A stretch of DNA of 64,000 nucleotides, taken from positions 32,001 to 96,000 of the IMG/VR virus record IMGVR_UViG_3300001567_000262; one strand, 5' to 3'. Made by a program: the position numbers and the translations under genes. The notes beneath the pieces are model-generated. The model ran no database searches and was not told the DNA's origin. It worked only from the letters and a program-made list of their open reading frames with translations. Position 1 is the stretch's first letter. Each line of letters begins with the position of its first letter. Shown piece by piece: positions 9,668 to 19,698 of this stretch. Source of the stretch: a virus.

Positions 9668-9715
9668 GATTGAACGGAACATACACGGTTCCGTTGAATT
9701 GCCGGGCTTTTTATT
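9659..9715 (+). terminator. Long hairpin followed by a U-tract (intrinsic-terminator-like)
   Basis: AAGCCCGGTGATTGAACGGAAC-ATACACG-GTTCCGTTGAATTGCCGGGCTT forms about 22 bp with two G-U pairs and one mismatch; a T-rich tract continues to 9716. Confidence 0.7.
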
Positions 9716-9742
9716 TGCCCACAAACATCGGAGGTGAAAGCA

Positions 9743-9898
9743 ATGGACGACATCGGATGGGGACTTGCCCCGTGGGGGCTCGATCCCTGGGGTTCCAACG
9801 AAGATGAATCCGGCGGCGGGACGGACGAGGTCGGCTTCGAGCCGATGGACGGCGTGGTTCTAAGCCCCGGCGTATTCGTGTTCGAACAAACAAACTGA
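9743..9898 (+). CDS. 51-aa acidic peptide with WG/PWG repeats (not in ORF track)
   Basis: RBS GGAGGTG, then MDDIGWGLAPWGLDPWGSNEDESGGGTDEVGFEPMDGVVLSPGVFVFEQTN*. Fills the gap before the 9923 gene. Confidence 0.7.
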   Translation: MDDIGWGLAPWGLDPWGSNEDESGGGTDEVGFEPMDGVVLSPGVFVFEQTN

Positions 9899-9922
9899 GC
9901 AAAAAAAAGGAGGCATACATTC

Positions 9923-12643
9923 ATGGCATTCACATTCACAGATCTTCTGCATCTGGCAATGCCCGCAAGGGGCGACAAGAACTGGGACGCGGACGTGAAC
10001 CGCGCTCTGCGCACCATCGACAAGGCGCTCGAAGACCTCGGCGCGAGGCCGCGATTTTACGACAAGCGCACCGTGGCTTCCGGCACGGCAACTGTGAACG
10101 GCAGGCAGGTCACGCTTTCCGGCATCGAGGTTGTTGTCGGCCAGACAAACACCATTCTTGAAGGTGGAACGGTAACTGTTCCCGCAAACGCGACGATCAG
10201 GCCGCGCGTTGACACTCTTTCAGTCAATCCCGAACAGCCCGCCATTCTCATTCTCACGCAGGGCGATCCCGCGGGCGACGTTGAAGGCCCGCTCCGCGTC
10301 ACGAAGATGTACGACCGGAACACATCGGGGCTGGATGAACTGCTCAACCCGACCGGAAAGACTGGGACGCTTTTCGTCATCCCGACGATTCTTTCGCATT
10401 ACGACCCCGCCGTAGAAACTCTCATCGCACCTGCTTACGAACTGCCGCTTGAAATGTTCATGCAGGGACCGCCGGACAGCGTGATTCCGAAAATCCTGCA
10501 TTTCGACCCGGAGACCGGGTCGTTCGTAGACACCGGTGTCGATCTTCACTTCACGTCCACATTCCGTTCGAACGTCGGCGAACTCATCGCCGTGATTCCG
10601 CTCGGATGCGTTGCTCCGAATGCTGCGGGAACAGGTGACAGCTACTTCTTCGCGTGCATTGTTTCGAACGACAGTATTCCCGGCAACGTCATCATCGCGG
10701 AGTTCGACGCTGAGTCCGGGGCTGTCGTGGACGCTTTCTGGTTCTCGAACGAGGACAACAATGTATTTTTCTCCATCCCCGGCTTCTGGAAATTCACGGG
10801 AGTGGAATCCGGCGCTCGGACGTTCCTCGCGTCGATCCTGCCCCTCACGATGCAGCTCAAATTCGCAAAGCCGCTCATGGCGAGCGTCCGTATTCCCAAC
10901 CCGCCTTCTGCAGTAAAGATGTTCGGACAGCCGCTCACGTTCGGAACGACGACCATTCACGCGATGGAGGTTGTGACGGATTCGGTCCGTTCGCTCTGCC
11001 CCATGGGTGACCTCGTCGCGCTGCCGGGCAGCGGCATGGACGGCTCCGGCGTTCTCATTTGCGGCGCGAGCAGCTCGGAGGAAGGCGCGGTCGGCTCCAT
11101 CTTCAATCAGAACAACAACGACAACGTGACGCGTCCGTACAACTCGATTCAGGGCGAAATGAGCTGGAACGATGACGGCAACGGGTTTGACCCGCTACCG
11201 CTCATTCTTGAACTCGCGGGAAATGCGGCCGCATGGGATTTGAACACGGCACCTGTTTCTCCGGCATTCACATCCGCGGTCAATGTCATGAACGGCGATC
11301 AGATCGCGATGGCCAGCCGTATCAGCAACAATCGCACCGAATGGCGCAATCCGACCAACACGCAGATTGAGGTCGTTCTCAACGATGGACACACTACTCC
11401 GCCTGTCGGCAAAGAGATATTCCTCACAATCGAGGGAGAACAGAACAACGAGAAGTACGACACGATGTGGTCGGTCGCTGTGCAGGCACTCCCCGGCGAC
11501 GGAAAGATAGGCGTCGTCCTCAACAACGCACACATCTTCCGGGGCGGCTCGATCAGCGATTACTACCGCCTGAGCGGGTTTCAGTATAACGGCAACATGA
11601 AAATCCGCGCCGGTTACCGGATCATGAACGGCAACAACTACACCGAGCGCGTCCTGCATCTTGACGGTGTGGCCGATGCGGATATCGGCAAGCCTGTGAA
11701 GATTACTTACGACCACGACGGTCTCGAACTCTCCTGCATCTCATTCATCTGCGGCGACGGTGAAATCCGCGAGTGTTATGCGGGCTCGGACAATCTCCGT
11801 GATCACAATAACAACGAGTTCCCGGACTGGCTTGGAACCGTTTACCGCGAAACCTGCAAAGGCGACATCCACATTGGTTGGAACGTCCTCAATTCCAACA
11901 ACTCGAAGTCCATGCCGCTCGCTCAGGAATTCACGCCGGTAATCAAATCCCGTTCCGAGAACTATGTCGCGTTCCAGAAGAACAACATCACAGGCGCGCC
12001 AAGCTCTTCAAACACAGTGACTTATGACAAGAACGGTGTCACGGCGAGCTGGCATGATACGAACAGCGGAAACGACGTCTTTATCTGCGATGACACAACG
12101 CTCGTATCCAGCAGCGGGCTTCCGGTCCAGGGCGGCGGCGGGACGGATTATACACAGCTCGCCCCGGACGGATTCAAGTGTTCCGTTGGGACGGACATTC
12201 CGCTTCTCACATCCGACGTCATCGATCCAGATTACGTCACGGTCGAGTTGCTTCCCTATCAGGAACCAATCTTCACCGGGAAAAGATACAACTTCCCGTC
12301 CGCGATTGCGGTCGCGCTCGGTTCGGCATATCTCAAGGGCAAGTTCTATGCTCCCGGTATCGCGCTCTCCGGCATTCCCTATTCGGCCATCTTCGAGTTC
12401 TCGTCTTATGACGAGCCTGTGGCACAGGACGAGCCGACCGGCCACATCAAGGTCGGCGAGGTTCTCGTGCAGCCGGACGCGGACGGAGCGCCGCTCACAA
12501 TCCTTACGCAGCCGGACTATTCGAGTGCGACAGTTTCCCGCGCCGATCAGTTCCGCTCGATGCTTGCGGCGTTCAGCGTCATGAACGATCTACACAATCT
12601 CCTGCCCGCGTTTCTCACCATAGCGCCGTTTCTTAAAAAGTAA
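9923..12643 (+). CDS. Large tail-associated / fibre-like protein
   Basis: 906 aa. N-terminal LAMPARGDKNWDADVNRALRTID resembles fibre-anchoring N-termini; beta-rich remainder; RBS AGGAGG. Confidence 0.6.
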   Translation: MAFTFTDLLHLAMPARGDKNWDADVNRALRTIDKALEDLGARPRFYDKRTVASGTATVNGRQVTLSGIEVVVGQTNTILEGGTVTVPANATIRPRVDTLSVNPEQPAILILTQGDPAGDVEGPLRVTKMYDRNTSGLDELLNPTGKTGTLFVIPTILSHYDPAVETLIAPAYELPLEMFMQGPPDSVIPKILHFDPETGSFVDTGVDLHFTSTFRSNVGELIAVIPLGCVAPNAAGTGDSYFFACIVSNDSIPGNVIIAEFDAESGAVVDAFWFSNEDNNVFFSIPGFWKFTGVESGARTFLASILPLTMQLKFAKPLMASVRIPNPPSAVKMFGQPLTFGTTTIHAMEVVTDSVRSLCPMGDLVALPGSGMDGSGVLICGASSSEEGAVGSIFNQNNNDNVTRPYNSIQGEMSWNDDGNGFDPLPLILELAGNAAAWDLNTAPVSPAFTSAVNVMNGDQIAMASRISNNRTEWRNPTNTQIEVVLNDGHTTPPVGKEIFLTIEGEQNNEKYDTMWSVAVQALPGDGKIGVVLNNAHIFRGGSISDYYRLSGFQYNGNMKIRAGYRIMNGNNYTERVLHLDGVADADIGKPVKITYDHDGLELSCISFICGDGEIRECYAGSDNLRDHNNNEFPDWLGTVYRETCKGDIHIGWNVLNSNNSKSMPLAQEFTPVIKSRSENYVAFQKNNITGAPSSSNTVTYDKNGVTASWHDTNSGNDVFICDDTTLVSSSGLPVQGGGGTDYTQLAPDGFKCSVGTDIPLLTSDVIDPDYVTVELLPYQEPIFTGKRYNFPSAIAVALGSAYLKGKFYAPGIALSGIPYSAIFEFSSYDEPVAQDEPTGHIKVGEVLVQPDADGAPLTILTQPDYSSATVSRADQFRSMLAAFSVMNDLHNLLPAFLTIAPFLKK

Positions 12644-12652
12644 GGAGCATCC

Positions 12653-13708
12653 ATGCTGACGTCGCATGATCGTGATAACTCGATAATCGTGTCCTGGACA
12701 AATCCTCCGGGCGCGGCTCGGACTATTCTCGTCAGGAAAACGAGGGATTATCCCCGGAACATCCATGACGGAAACGTCGTGTCCGACGCCGCCCCGGCGG
12801 TGGAGTCCTTTGTCGACCCGTCTCCCGCGCACGGTTTCTACAACTACTACCGCGCGTTCTTTCAAGACGCAGTCGGCGCATGGATTGATGTGCCCGTGGA
12901 AGTTGACCGCTCGCGCATCCGATGCGAGATGTCATTCGATTATCACGGCAAGCTGTACGGCAATCTCCCGGAACTCTACGAACGAAATGACGAGAACGAC
13001 GAGTTACGCCGGTTCCTCGGAATCATCGCATGGGAGCTGGAGAAGTTCAGGTCAACGCAATCCGGCCTTAACGACACATCCAATGTGAACGAAGCGCGGG
13101 ACGATCTGCTCGAGCATCTCGCGTGGAATGTCGGCTGGCTTCTGAACCGCGAACTGCCCGTGCTGCGCCAGCGCGCCGAAATCAAACGTGCCGTTGCCAT
13201 CTACCGAAAGAAAGGCACGCGCCGGGGACTCATCGATCTCATTCAGGGGATCATGAACTGGGACATGGAGGTCATCAAATACAACCGCAACATTCTCATG
13301 ACCGGCCATCCCGACAGCACAACGCTCAAGGTGAGTGATCCGAACGTCACGATGAACATGGATACGTCCGCAGACACGGCGGACTATATCCTCGGCGGCG
13401 ACAAATCCCCGGACAGAATCCGCATCAAGATCAAAGCAACTTACGACTTCCACATGTTCGAGAAGGTGCGAAACAAGCTGTTCCGCATCCTTCGTTTCTG
13501 GGTGCCCGCGTGTATGTCCGTGATTCTTGAACTCGCCACCTACAACGAGGAGTCGAGCTGCATCGGCGACTGGCGACCGGTTCAGGCGGACCTTCTGTCA
13601 AACAACTGGCTTCTCACGAACGCATTCACATCAAGCGAATGGCAAATCCTATCTGAAAGGACAACCAACAACCTCTTATGGAGAACTCCGTTACTCACAT
13701 CCCTATGA
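12653..13708 (+). CDS. Tail protein I-like baseplate wedge protein with N-terminal FN3-like domain
   Basis: LLEHLAWNVGW...QRAEIKRAVAIYRKKGTRRGL is the P2 gpI-like signature. Confidence 0.8.
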   Translation: MLTSHDRDNSIIVSWTNPPGAARTILVRKTRDYPRNIHDGNVVSDAAPAVESFVDPSPAHGFYNYYRAFFQDAVGAWIDVPVEVDRSRIRCEMSFDYHGKLYGNLPELYERNDENDELRRFLGIIAWELEKFRSTQSGLNDTSNVNEARDDLLEHLAWNVGWLLNRELPVLRQRAEIKRAVAIYRKKGTRRGLIDLIQGIMNWDMEVIKYNRNILMTGHPDSTTLKVSDPNVTMNMDTSADTADYILGGDKSPDRIRIKIKATYDFHMFEKVRNKLFRILRFWVPACMSVILELATYNEESSCIGDWRPVQADLLSNNWLLTNAFTSSEWQILSERTTNNLLWRTPLLTSL

Positions 13709-14202
13709 AAACGGCATTCACGATTGAAGGCCGTTTCATGGACATCGCGCACTATCTCGATGGCCGCTCCGAAATTATCCGCGAGGGACACAACATAGTG
13801 ACCGACTCCGGTCTCGGCCTCGTTGTAGGTGCGCTCGGTAATCTGATGAACGGCATCGCACAATGGCAAGTCGGAAGCGGCGATCCCGCATGGGACACGG
13901 CCCCCGAGGAAGCGACGGCAGACAGGACTTGCCTCGTTGCCCCCGTTTTTATGAAGCCGGTCACGGTTTCGTACTGGGATGCCGTGAACAATCGTTTCTC
14001 GCCGACGCCGACCGACACGATTGATGTTCGCGTCGTCTTCATGGCCGAAGAGGCAAACGCGCTGCTCCGCGAGTTCGGGCTTGTCGGGCCCGACCCGGAT
14101 CATGTTCTTTTCAACTACGTCATCCACGAGCGCATATCAAAGTCCAACAACTTCAATCTCGAACGCATCATGCGGATCACGGTGCGGCGCGAACAGAACT
14201 GA
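13705..14202 (+). CDS. Fibre-attachment (gpH N-terminal-like) baseplate protein
   Basis: NIVTDSG...VGSG...FMAEEANALLREFGL pattern; ATGA overlap with the upstream gene at 13705. Confidence 0.65.
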   Translation: MKTAFTIEGRFMDIAHYLDGRSEIIREGHNIVTDSGLGLVVGALGNLMNGIAQWQVGSGDPAWDTAPEEATADRTCLVAPVFMKPVTVSYWDAVNNRFSPTPTDTIDVRVVFMAEEANALLREFGLVGPDPDHVLFNYVIHERISKSNNFNLERIMRITVRREQN

Positions 14203-14220
14203 CGAAAGGAAGAACAACTC

Positions 14221-14748
14221 ATGGCAAATAGAAAAATCCGTAATCTCATCGTCCACCATTCCGTGAGCGCCTGGGGTGACGGCGCTGTCGTCACCCAGTG
14301 GCACACCAATCCCAAGCCGAAAGGAAACGGCTGGAGCGCTCCCGGCTATCACGTTGTCATCTGCAACGGCTATCCCAATTACAACGCTTGGAGCAAGAGA
14401 AAACCCGTCGCGCCCGCGGACGGTCGCGTCGACCGCATCTGGCCGGAAGACAAATTCTCAAACGGCTGCAAATACGCGAATGCTGATGCCCTCCATGTGT
14501 GTCTCATCGGCGATTTCGATAAGGACGCGCCGACTGAGCGTCAGATGGAAAAGCTCACGGACCTTCTCGCGTTCTGGTGCCGGAAGTACGGACTCGATCC
14601 TCGCACGTCTATTTTCGGACACGGCGAGATGCAACGGAAGATCGGCAAGGAAGGCTATAGCAAAACGTGTCCCGGTAAAAACGTAAGCATGAACGCCGTG
14701 CGGAAAGCTGTCGCAGAGAAGATGTCTCTCGCGGAGGTGAAGAAATGA
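14221..14748 (+). CDS. N-acetylmuramoyl-L-alanine amidase (Amidase_2, T7-lysozyme-like endolysin)
   Basis: LIVHHS, GYHVVI, HVCLIGDF, GHGE and KTCPG zinc-amidase motifs. Confidence 0.9.
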   Translation: MANRKIRNLIVHHSVSAWGDGAVVTQWHTNPKPKGNGWSAPGYHVVICNGYPNYNAWSKRKPVAPADGRVDRIWPEDKFSNGCKYANADALHVCLIGDFDKDAPTERQMEKLTDLLAFWCRKYGLDPRTSIFGHGEMQRKIGKEGYSKTCPGKNVSMNAVRKAVAEKMSLAEVKK

Positions 14749-17700
14749 CCGTATCCCGTAATCAGTTTGATGAAACGAAAAACTGGACGGAGCCGGAATG
14801 GCAGGAAGGCGTCCCCGTCATGGACGCTGATCTGAACCTCGCAATGAAGATCGGCAAGACCGGACTGCGGCGGGCGGTGTGTGATTTCCTCGGAAACGGC
14901 TCGCCGAACGATGGGTTCAAGTTATCCGGCCTCGCAACCGACCCCTTAATCCATGCCGGGGACATCTGGATCGCCGGTCTGAAACTCGAACTGTCTGAAG
15001 ACGTCCATGCCTCCGAGCAGCCGAATGCGCCGGTGGCGTTCCCAAATGGAAACGGTATCTGGTTCATTGACACCGTCGAGCAACTCCTGACGAATGCGGA
15101 AGACCCGGCGATAAGAGACTACCGGCTCCCCGCAAACGTGGAAACACCGGTAAAGGTGTGGAAGACCGACTGGACGCTCCGAAAAGTCCTCGGCGCATCG
15201 CTTCCGATGCCCGAACCCGATCATTACTACCTTGGCATCGCAATCGAGGCTGGCGGCGTTCTCACGGACATACGAAATACCGGAATGATTCTCGCTGGGG
15301 CGGACACTGGGTATCAGAACCGCGTCGGTGGTCGTCCCGGAAGCGGACACCGGCACCAGGATGAGGATATCGACGTCCAGAATCCCAACTACACCGGTGA
15401 CACGCTCGAGGAAGTCCTGAATGAAATTGATTCACGTATCGACGTTGTTCAGGGCGGCATCGGTGTCGTCACGCCCCATGCGGCCACACATGGCGCTGGC
15501 GGTTCGGATCAGGTCAATATCGCAAACCTGTCCGGGCAATGCACACAGGCGCAGTTGTCTCCGGCGCATTCCGGTCTACACACAGTCTCTTTCAATGGCG
15601 GACTGCCGGTTTCTCCCGATGTGAACGGGAACGCATCTATCGGCGCGCATCTCGCGGACACGGCCATTCACAGAAAGAATCACAACGATCTTCTTTCCAT
15701 GCAGGGCGGCACGCCGACAGAGCGTTATCACCTCGCCTTGGACCTCTACAACGCCGCGTCAGGAGCCGCCGGCGCGAATGCCGCCAACCCGTTTGCAACA
15801 GTCGGCGATATCTCAGGTGTCGCGTCCAAGTTCGCGTCGCCGGTTCAGACCGCGCAGAATCTCCGCGACGTCGCGGCAGCGAACCGTTCCGACAAACAGG
15901 TGCGGCTTGTAGAGGACAAAGGCTCGCTTTATCGCTTCGATGATACGGGCACCGGCACCGACGACGGCGACGGCATAATCGCTCCGACATCCGGCACGGG
16001 ACGCTGGTTCAAGATGTCGTCCGCCGTTCCCGATCTTTCGACGGTTCTTACCAAAGGAAACAGCGCGGGCAACCGCAAAATCGTCAACCTTCTCAACCCG
16101 GACAATCCGCAGGACGCCGCGACCATGGGCTGGGTCAAAAACCTCGTGGGCGCTGGCGGCACAAACGCCTCGTGGGTTGTCATGGACACTTCCGGTGCGC
16201 CGGGCACGTATTCAGATCTGCAGCAGGCAATCAACGCGCTCGGAAATGACGGTGGGGTCGTCTGGATAAAGCCCGGCACCTACACTCTCAGTTCTCACGT
16301 CACGATGAAACACAATACCATCCTTCACGGCCTCGGCTCGATGGAGGAAGGATTGCCGGACGTCATGCCGACGCTGGTTCCGGCAGCGGGATTCACAGAC
16401 TATTGCATGATTCAGGCGTCCCCCGGAAACAAGTTCCTGAATCTCTGGATCAAGGTGCAAAAAAACAGCATCGGCATCAGCCCGTACAGATATTACGGTT
16501 CCCGTCTCGACGTGGATGGTTGTTTTATCGAAGCCGCGACCACGGACTTCGGGAGCGATTTCTATGCGTCCACAATCGGGATCGGCGGCGATTGGGGTGT
16601 TTACGGGCAAGAAATCATGAATGGAAAAATCCGTAACTGCGTATTTCGGCGGCTGCGGCACGGCATCTACTGCGAGCTGAACAATAACACGGTCATCGAA
16701 TACAACCGTTTTCAGGGCAGCGGCGGATTCCGGTATGAACTCGATGATGTCATATACTCGGCTGTCAATCAGGGGAGCAACCAGTTCCGCGCAACCTCCG
16801 CAGTCGTAAATGCCGGGCTGATTGCAGTTGGCATGACGGTCGGATTCAGCGACGGCACAAACAGCGACAGCAAAATGATTCAGGACATGGTGTACGACAG
16901 CACGTATGGATTCTATATCTGCACCGTGAACGGAGGATTCCAACACGGCTATGACGGATCGCCCGGCCAGAGTTTCTACAGCCAGCCCCCCTCATCCGGG
17001 ATCACGGCAGGTGACAACACCTACGAGACGTTCATCTGTTTCAACTACTTTGACGGCGGCGGAAATGGATATCTCGATATCAATGCCGCGAGAGACCCCG
17101 GCACGAACATAGGTCTTCTCAACGCATACATCATCGGCAACACGTCCGCCACGCTTTTTACGGGCGTTGATAAACCGACCGTGAAGTTGCAGACCAGCCC
17201 GTACTCCTTCTCCGGCGGTGACATCCTGTTTCTTGGCAACACTTTCGCCGGACAGATTTTCGTTGACGGATCGAACACTGTCGCCTTCATCTGTTGCAAC
17301 AACAATATCGGCTCGATTGACGCGACGGCTTATGAAGGCCGGGTCATCTTCAATAACAACCTGTGTCACGGCAACGTGAAGCTGAAAAACGCGGCCACGG
17401 CCAATGGCAACTACGTCGCGGGAAATCTTCAGGTCATCAGCGGCACCACGGAAAAGACGCTGGCGGTCGGTAATTTTGTAGGTTACGGAATGACTCTTGC
17501 CGGTGACTACAGTGTCGCGGCGAACAATGTCATCGAGGACGGTGGGCTCAGTGTCGGAGGCAAAGGCTCACGCGCGTCAGGGAATTCGGTGCGAGGGACG
17601 CTCACGCTCGGCTTCTGGGGATCTGCTACAGGCAATGTCATCCGCACACAAAAGTCGGTCGCCATCAGCGCCATCGTGCCCCGTGCGCAGATCGCTGGAA

Positions 17701-18263
17701 ACGCCTGCATCGACGAGTTCAACATTTACTCTGACACTGGAAGCCAGAAGTTTTACGCAACAGGCACGTCCTGCACATTCTACACGGCGGGGCACGTGGA
17801 CAACTTCCAGCCCGGCTACTGCGTAACGTTCCAGAGCAGCAAGGACATCGAGACCCGAATGATTACGGGCGTATCCGGCAACACCATCTCATGGGCCGAC
17901 GCTCTCAACTCCTCTTACGGCGGCACTTCGAATAACGCCTGGGCATATACGAATCTTGCTCATATCGACGGCGTGTCGTCGCTCTCGGTGGTCACCGGCA
18001 ACTTCGTATGCGGGGACATCAATGTCACAGGCGGGGTGAATCTGTCCTGCACGTTCGTGGGCTCGTCCTGCGTAGTCAACGGCAATCGCGTCCTCGGCAT
18101 GATGGTCACAACTGCGGCCGCAAAGAAGAACGCGGTGATTGGAAATATCTTCACGAATTCAAAAGCGGTACAACCCGGATGGCCGAAAGCGTACCCGTTC
18201 TCTGGCACACCGGATAATACGAACGAGATCGCGCACAACATCATCAACGGCTCGGTAATCTGA
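14745..18263 (+). CDS. Tail fibre/tailspike with DUF6519-like N-terminus and right-handed beta-helix
   Basis: N-terminal SRNQFDETKNW...QEGVPVMDADLN, His-rich fibre motifs (HNDLLSMQGG..ERYHL), DLQQAINAL...VWIKPGTY start of a pectin-lyase-like helix, many Gly-Asn repeats. Confidence 0.8.
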   Translation: MTVSRNQFDETKNWTEPEWQEGVPVMDADLNLAMKIGKTGLRRAVCDFLGNGSPNDGFKLSGLATDPLIHAGDIWIAGLKLELSEDVHASEQPNAPVAFPNGNGIWFIDTVEQLLTNAEDPAIRDYRLPANVETPVKVWKTDWTLRKVLGASLPMPEPDHYYLGIAIEAGGVLTDIRNTGMILAGADTGYQNRVGGRPGSGHRHQDEDIDVQNPNYTGDTLEEVLNEIDSRIDVVQGGIGVVTPHAATHGAGGSDQVNIANLSGQCTQAQLSPAHSGLHTVSFNGGLPVSPDVNGNASIGAHLADTAIHRKNHNDLLSMQGGTPTERYHLALDLYNAASGAAGANAANPFATVGDISGVASKFASPVQTAQNLRDVAAANRSDKQVRLVEDKGSLYRFDDTGTGTDDGDGIIAPTSGTGRWFKMSSAVPDLSTVLTKGNSAGNRKIVNLLNPDNPQDAATMGWVKNLVGAGGTNASWVVMDTSGAPGTYSDLQQAINALGNDGGVVWIKPGTYTLSSHVTMKHNTILHGLGSMEEGLPDVMPTLVPAAGFTDYCMIQASPGNKFLNLWIKVQKNSIGISPYRYYGSRLDVDGCFIEAATTDFGSDFYASTIGIGGDWGVYGQEIMNGKIRNCVFRRLRHGIYCELNNNTVIEYNRFQGSGGFRYELDDVIYSAVNQGSNQFRATSAVVNAGLIAVGMTVGFSDGTNSDSKMIQDMVYDSTYGFYICTVNGGFQHGYDGSPGQSFYSQPPSSGITAGDNTYETFICFNYFDGGGNGYLDINAARDPGTNIGLLNAYIIGNTSATLFTGVDKPTVKLQTSPYSFSGGDILFLGNTFAGQIFVDGSNTVAFICCNNNIGSIDATAYEGRVIFNNNLCHGNVKLKNAATANGNYVAGNLQVISGTTEKTLAVGNFVGYGMTLAGDYSVAANNVIEDGGLSVGGKGSRASGNSVRGTLTLGFWGSATGNVIRTQKSVAISAIVPRAQIAGNACIDEFNIYSDTGSQKFYATGTSCTFYTAGHVDNFQPGYCVTFQSSKDIETRMITGVSGNTISWADALNSSYGGTSNNAWAYTNLAHIDGVSSLSVVTGNFVCGDINVTGGVNLSCTFVGSSCVVNGNRVLGMMVTTAAAKKNAVIGNIFTNSKAVQPGWPKAYPFSGTPDNTNEIAHNIINGSVI

Positions 18264-18283
18264 GCCGGAAAGGAGTTTCATAA

Positions 18284-18767
18284 ATGAGAACGATTGAAGG
18301 AGATTTTAGCGCGGTGTATAGCGCCGCGACGGACGACTACGAGGTAGGTGTTCCGAAAGTCGCCGTGACTGACCCTGATGACGGACAGGAAAAGACTTTC
18401 GGCGAGACCGGCGGACTCTTCTGTCCTTACCGAGAGCCGGGATTCCAGTATCCGCTGCTTGCGCCGAATGCGCAGCGCAAAGTCGTCAAGCCGGAAACGC
18501 TCCAGCGCCGGATGATCTCTGGCGAAAAAGTCGATCTACGCGCACGCGATGATCCTCGACCGCGGCGGTCCCGTATGGAACGACACCATCGTGTGTCATG
18601 ACCTGATCGTTACGGAACTGACAGCAGAGGAAGTTCTCGGGTTCCTCAACAGAGTCCCGACGCGGCTCTTGCAGAGCTACCGCATCGTGGAATCGGCAAT
18701 TATCCTGGAGCCGCCCGCTTCGTGGGGGGAAGACTACACGGTTCCGGCATCCGAAGGAGGTGATTGA
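18284..18767 (+). CDS. Hypothetical protein, probably one gene broken by a +1 slip in an A5 run (18525-18529)
   Basis: Removing one A joins ORF 18284 to ORF 18549 (..ISGEKSIYAHAMILDRGG..). The present tail of the first ORF is Arg-rich and looks off-frame. Confidence 0.5.
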
Positions 18768-18771
18768 ACCA

Positions 18772-19173
18772 ATGGAAGCCCACAACAACCTACTGGTGCA
18801 ACTTGGCGGCATCCTGCTCACGCTCGTGGTGACGCTGATCGGCATTTTCAAAGGACTGATCCCGCAGCTTCTTAGCTCATTCGAGAAACGGCTCTCGGAC
18901 AAAGATACCGTCCTGGCGAAACAGAGCACCGCGCTCGACGAGGTGTGCAGAGAGCGAAAGGAACTGACCGACCGTTTCCTCTGCTCGCTCAAGGAACTCG
19001 TCGTGCAGAATTCCACGTCCATGACTGAACTGACGTCCACACTATCGGAGTTCCAGAAAAAGATGGCTGACGACCATGCCGTCCAGCACGAAAACCACAG
19101 GGATATTCTCGACCTGCTTCACGATCAGAAAAAACCGAAAGCCCGCGCCACCGTGGGTTCGCGGAAACAATAA
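18772..19173 (+). CDS. Holin-like membrane protein (N-terminal TM helix + coiled coil)
   Basis: LLVQLGGILLTLVVTLIGIF hydrophobic helix; RBS AGGAGGTG; end of late operon. Confidence 0.55.
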   Translation: MEAHNNLLVQLGGILLTLVVTLIGIFKGLIPQLLSSFEKRLSDKDTVLAKQSTALDEVCRERKELTDRFLCSLKELVVQNSTSMTELTSTLSEFQKKMADDHAVQHENHRDILDLLHDQKKPKARATVGSRKQ

Positions 19174-19208
19174 ATCCGGGCGCCGCCCGAAAAAACAGGA
19201 GGTATATC

Positions 19209-19610
19209 ATGCATTTCACAACAGACCAGATCATCCAGATCGTCATCGCTCTGATGCCGGTCATCATCGCCGTCCTCGGCATTGTTTTCAAACTCAACCA
19301 GAAGGACCGCGAGGAGCTGGCCCACGCCGCTGACAGCGCGCTCAAACGGCTCGCCGCCGGCGAGATAGATTCCACGCACGCGAAAGAACTCATTCTCGCC
19401 ACCGGTGTGGTGTCGGAGAAGAAAGTGGACAAGGTACTCGACGCCGTCACTATTTCATTGAAGGACAAGAAGGCACAGATTTACACCGACAAACTCATTC
19501 CCGGAGTCGGCGTGACTGTGGACACCGGCGGTGCGGTAAAAATCGAGCCGTCCGGACTGATGAATAAGCTGTCGCACAAGGCCACAAAATGGATTAAGAA
19601 AACATTGTGA
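19209..19610 (+). CDS. Holin-like membrane protein
   Basis: IIQIVIALMPVIIAVLGIVF TM helix; RBS AGGAGG; last gene before the terminator. Confidence 0.55.
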   Translation: MHFTTDQIIQIVIALMPVIIAVLGIVFKLNQKDREELAHAADSALKRLAAGEIDSTHAKELILATGVVSEKKVDKVLDAVTISLKDKKAQIYTDKLIPGVGVTVDTGGAVKIEPSGLMNKLSHKATKWIKKTL

Positions 19611-19667
19611 GCAATGTGGACACAATGCACGAGAAATTAGGCAACGTAAGGAGCGACATATAACCGA

Positions 19668-19698
19668 AGAACGCCGCTTCAATACCGGGCGGCGTTCT
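19668..19698. terminator. Hairpin ending the phage late operon
   Basis: AGAACGCCGC-N11-GCGGCGTTCT perfect 10-bp arms between convergent transcription units, at the GC boundary. Confidence 0.75.

Larger units (their letters stand above)
1..19698 (+). mobile_element. Prophage (or phage-derived contractile injection system) tail/baseplate/fibre/lysis module, left end outside window
   Basis: Co-oriented, often ATGA-overlapping genes in myovirus/CIS order: tube, chaperone, tape measure, tube initiator, LysM, hub, spike, gp25, J, I, fibres, amidase, holin-like genes. GC-rich, ending at a hairpin where the sequence turns AT-rich. Confidence 0.9.

Noticed and set aside
9923-18263. Diversity-generating retroelement suggested by AAC-rich fibre genes and the 9659-9709 hairpin
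   Set aside because: No reverse transcriptase and no TR/VR repeat pair differing at adenines is seen; AAC is simply the preferred Asn codon in this GC-rich DNA.
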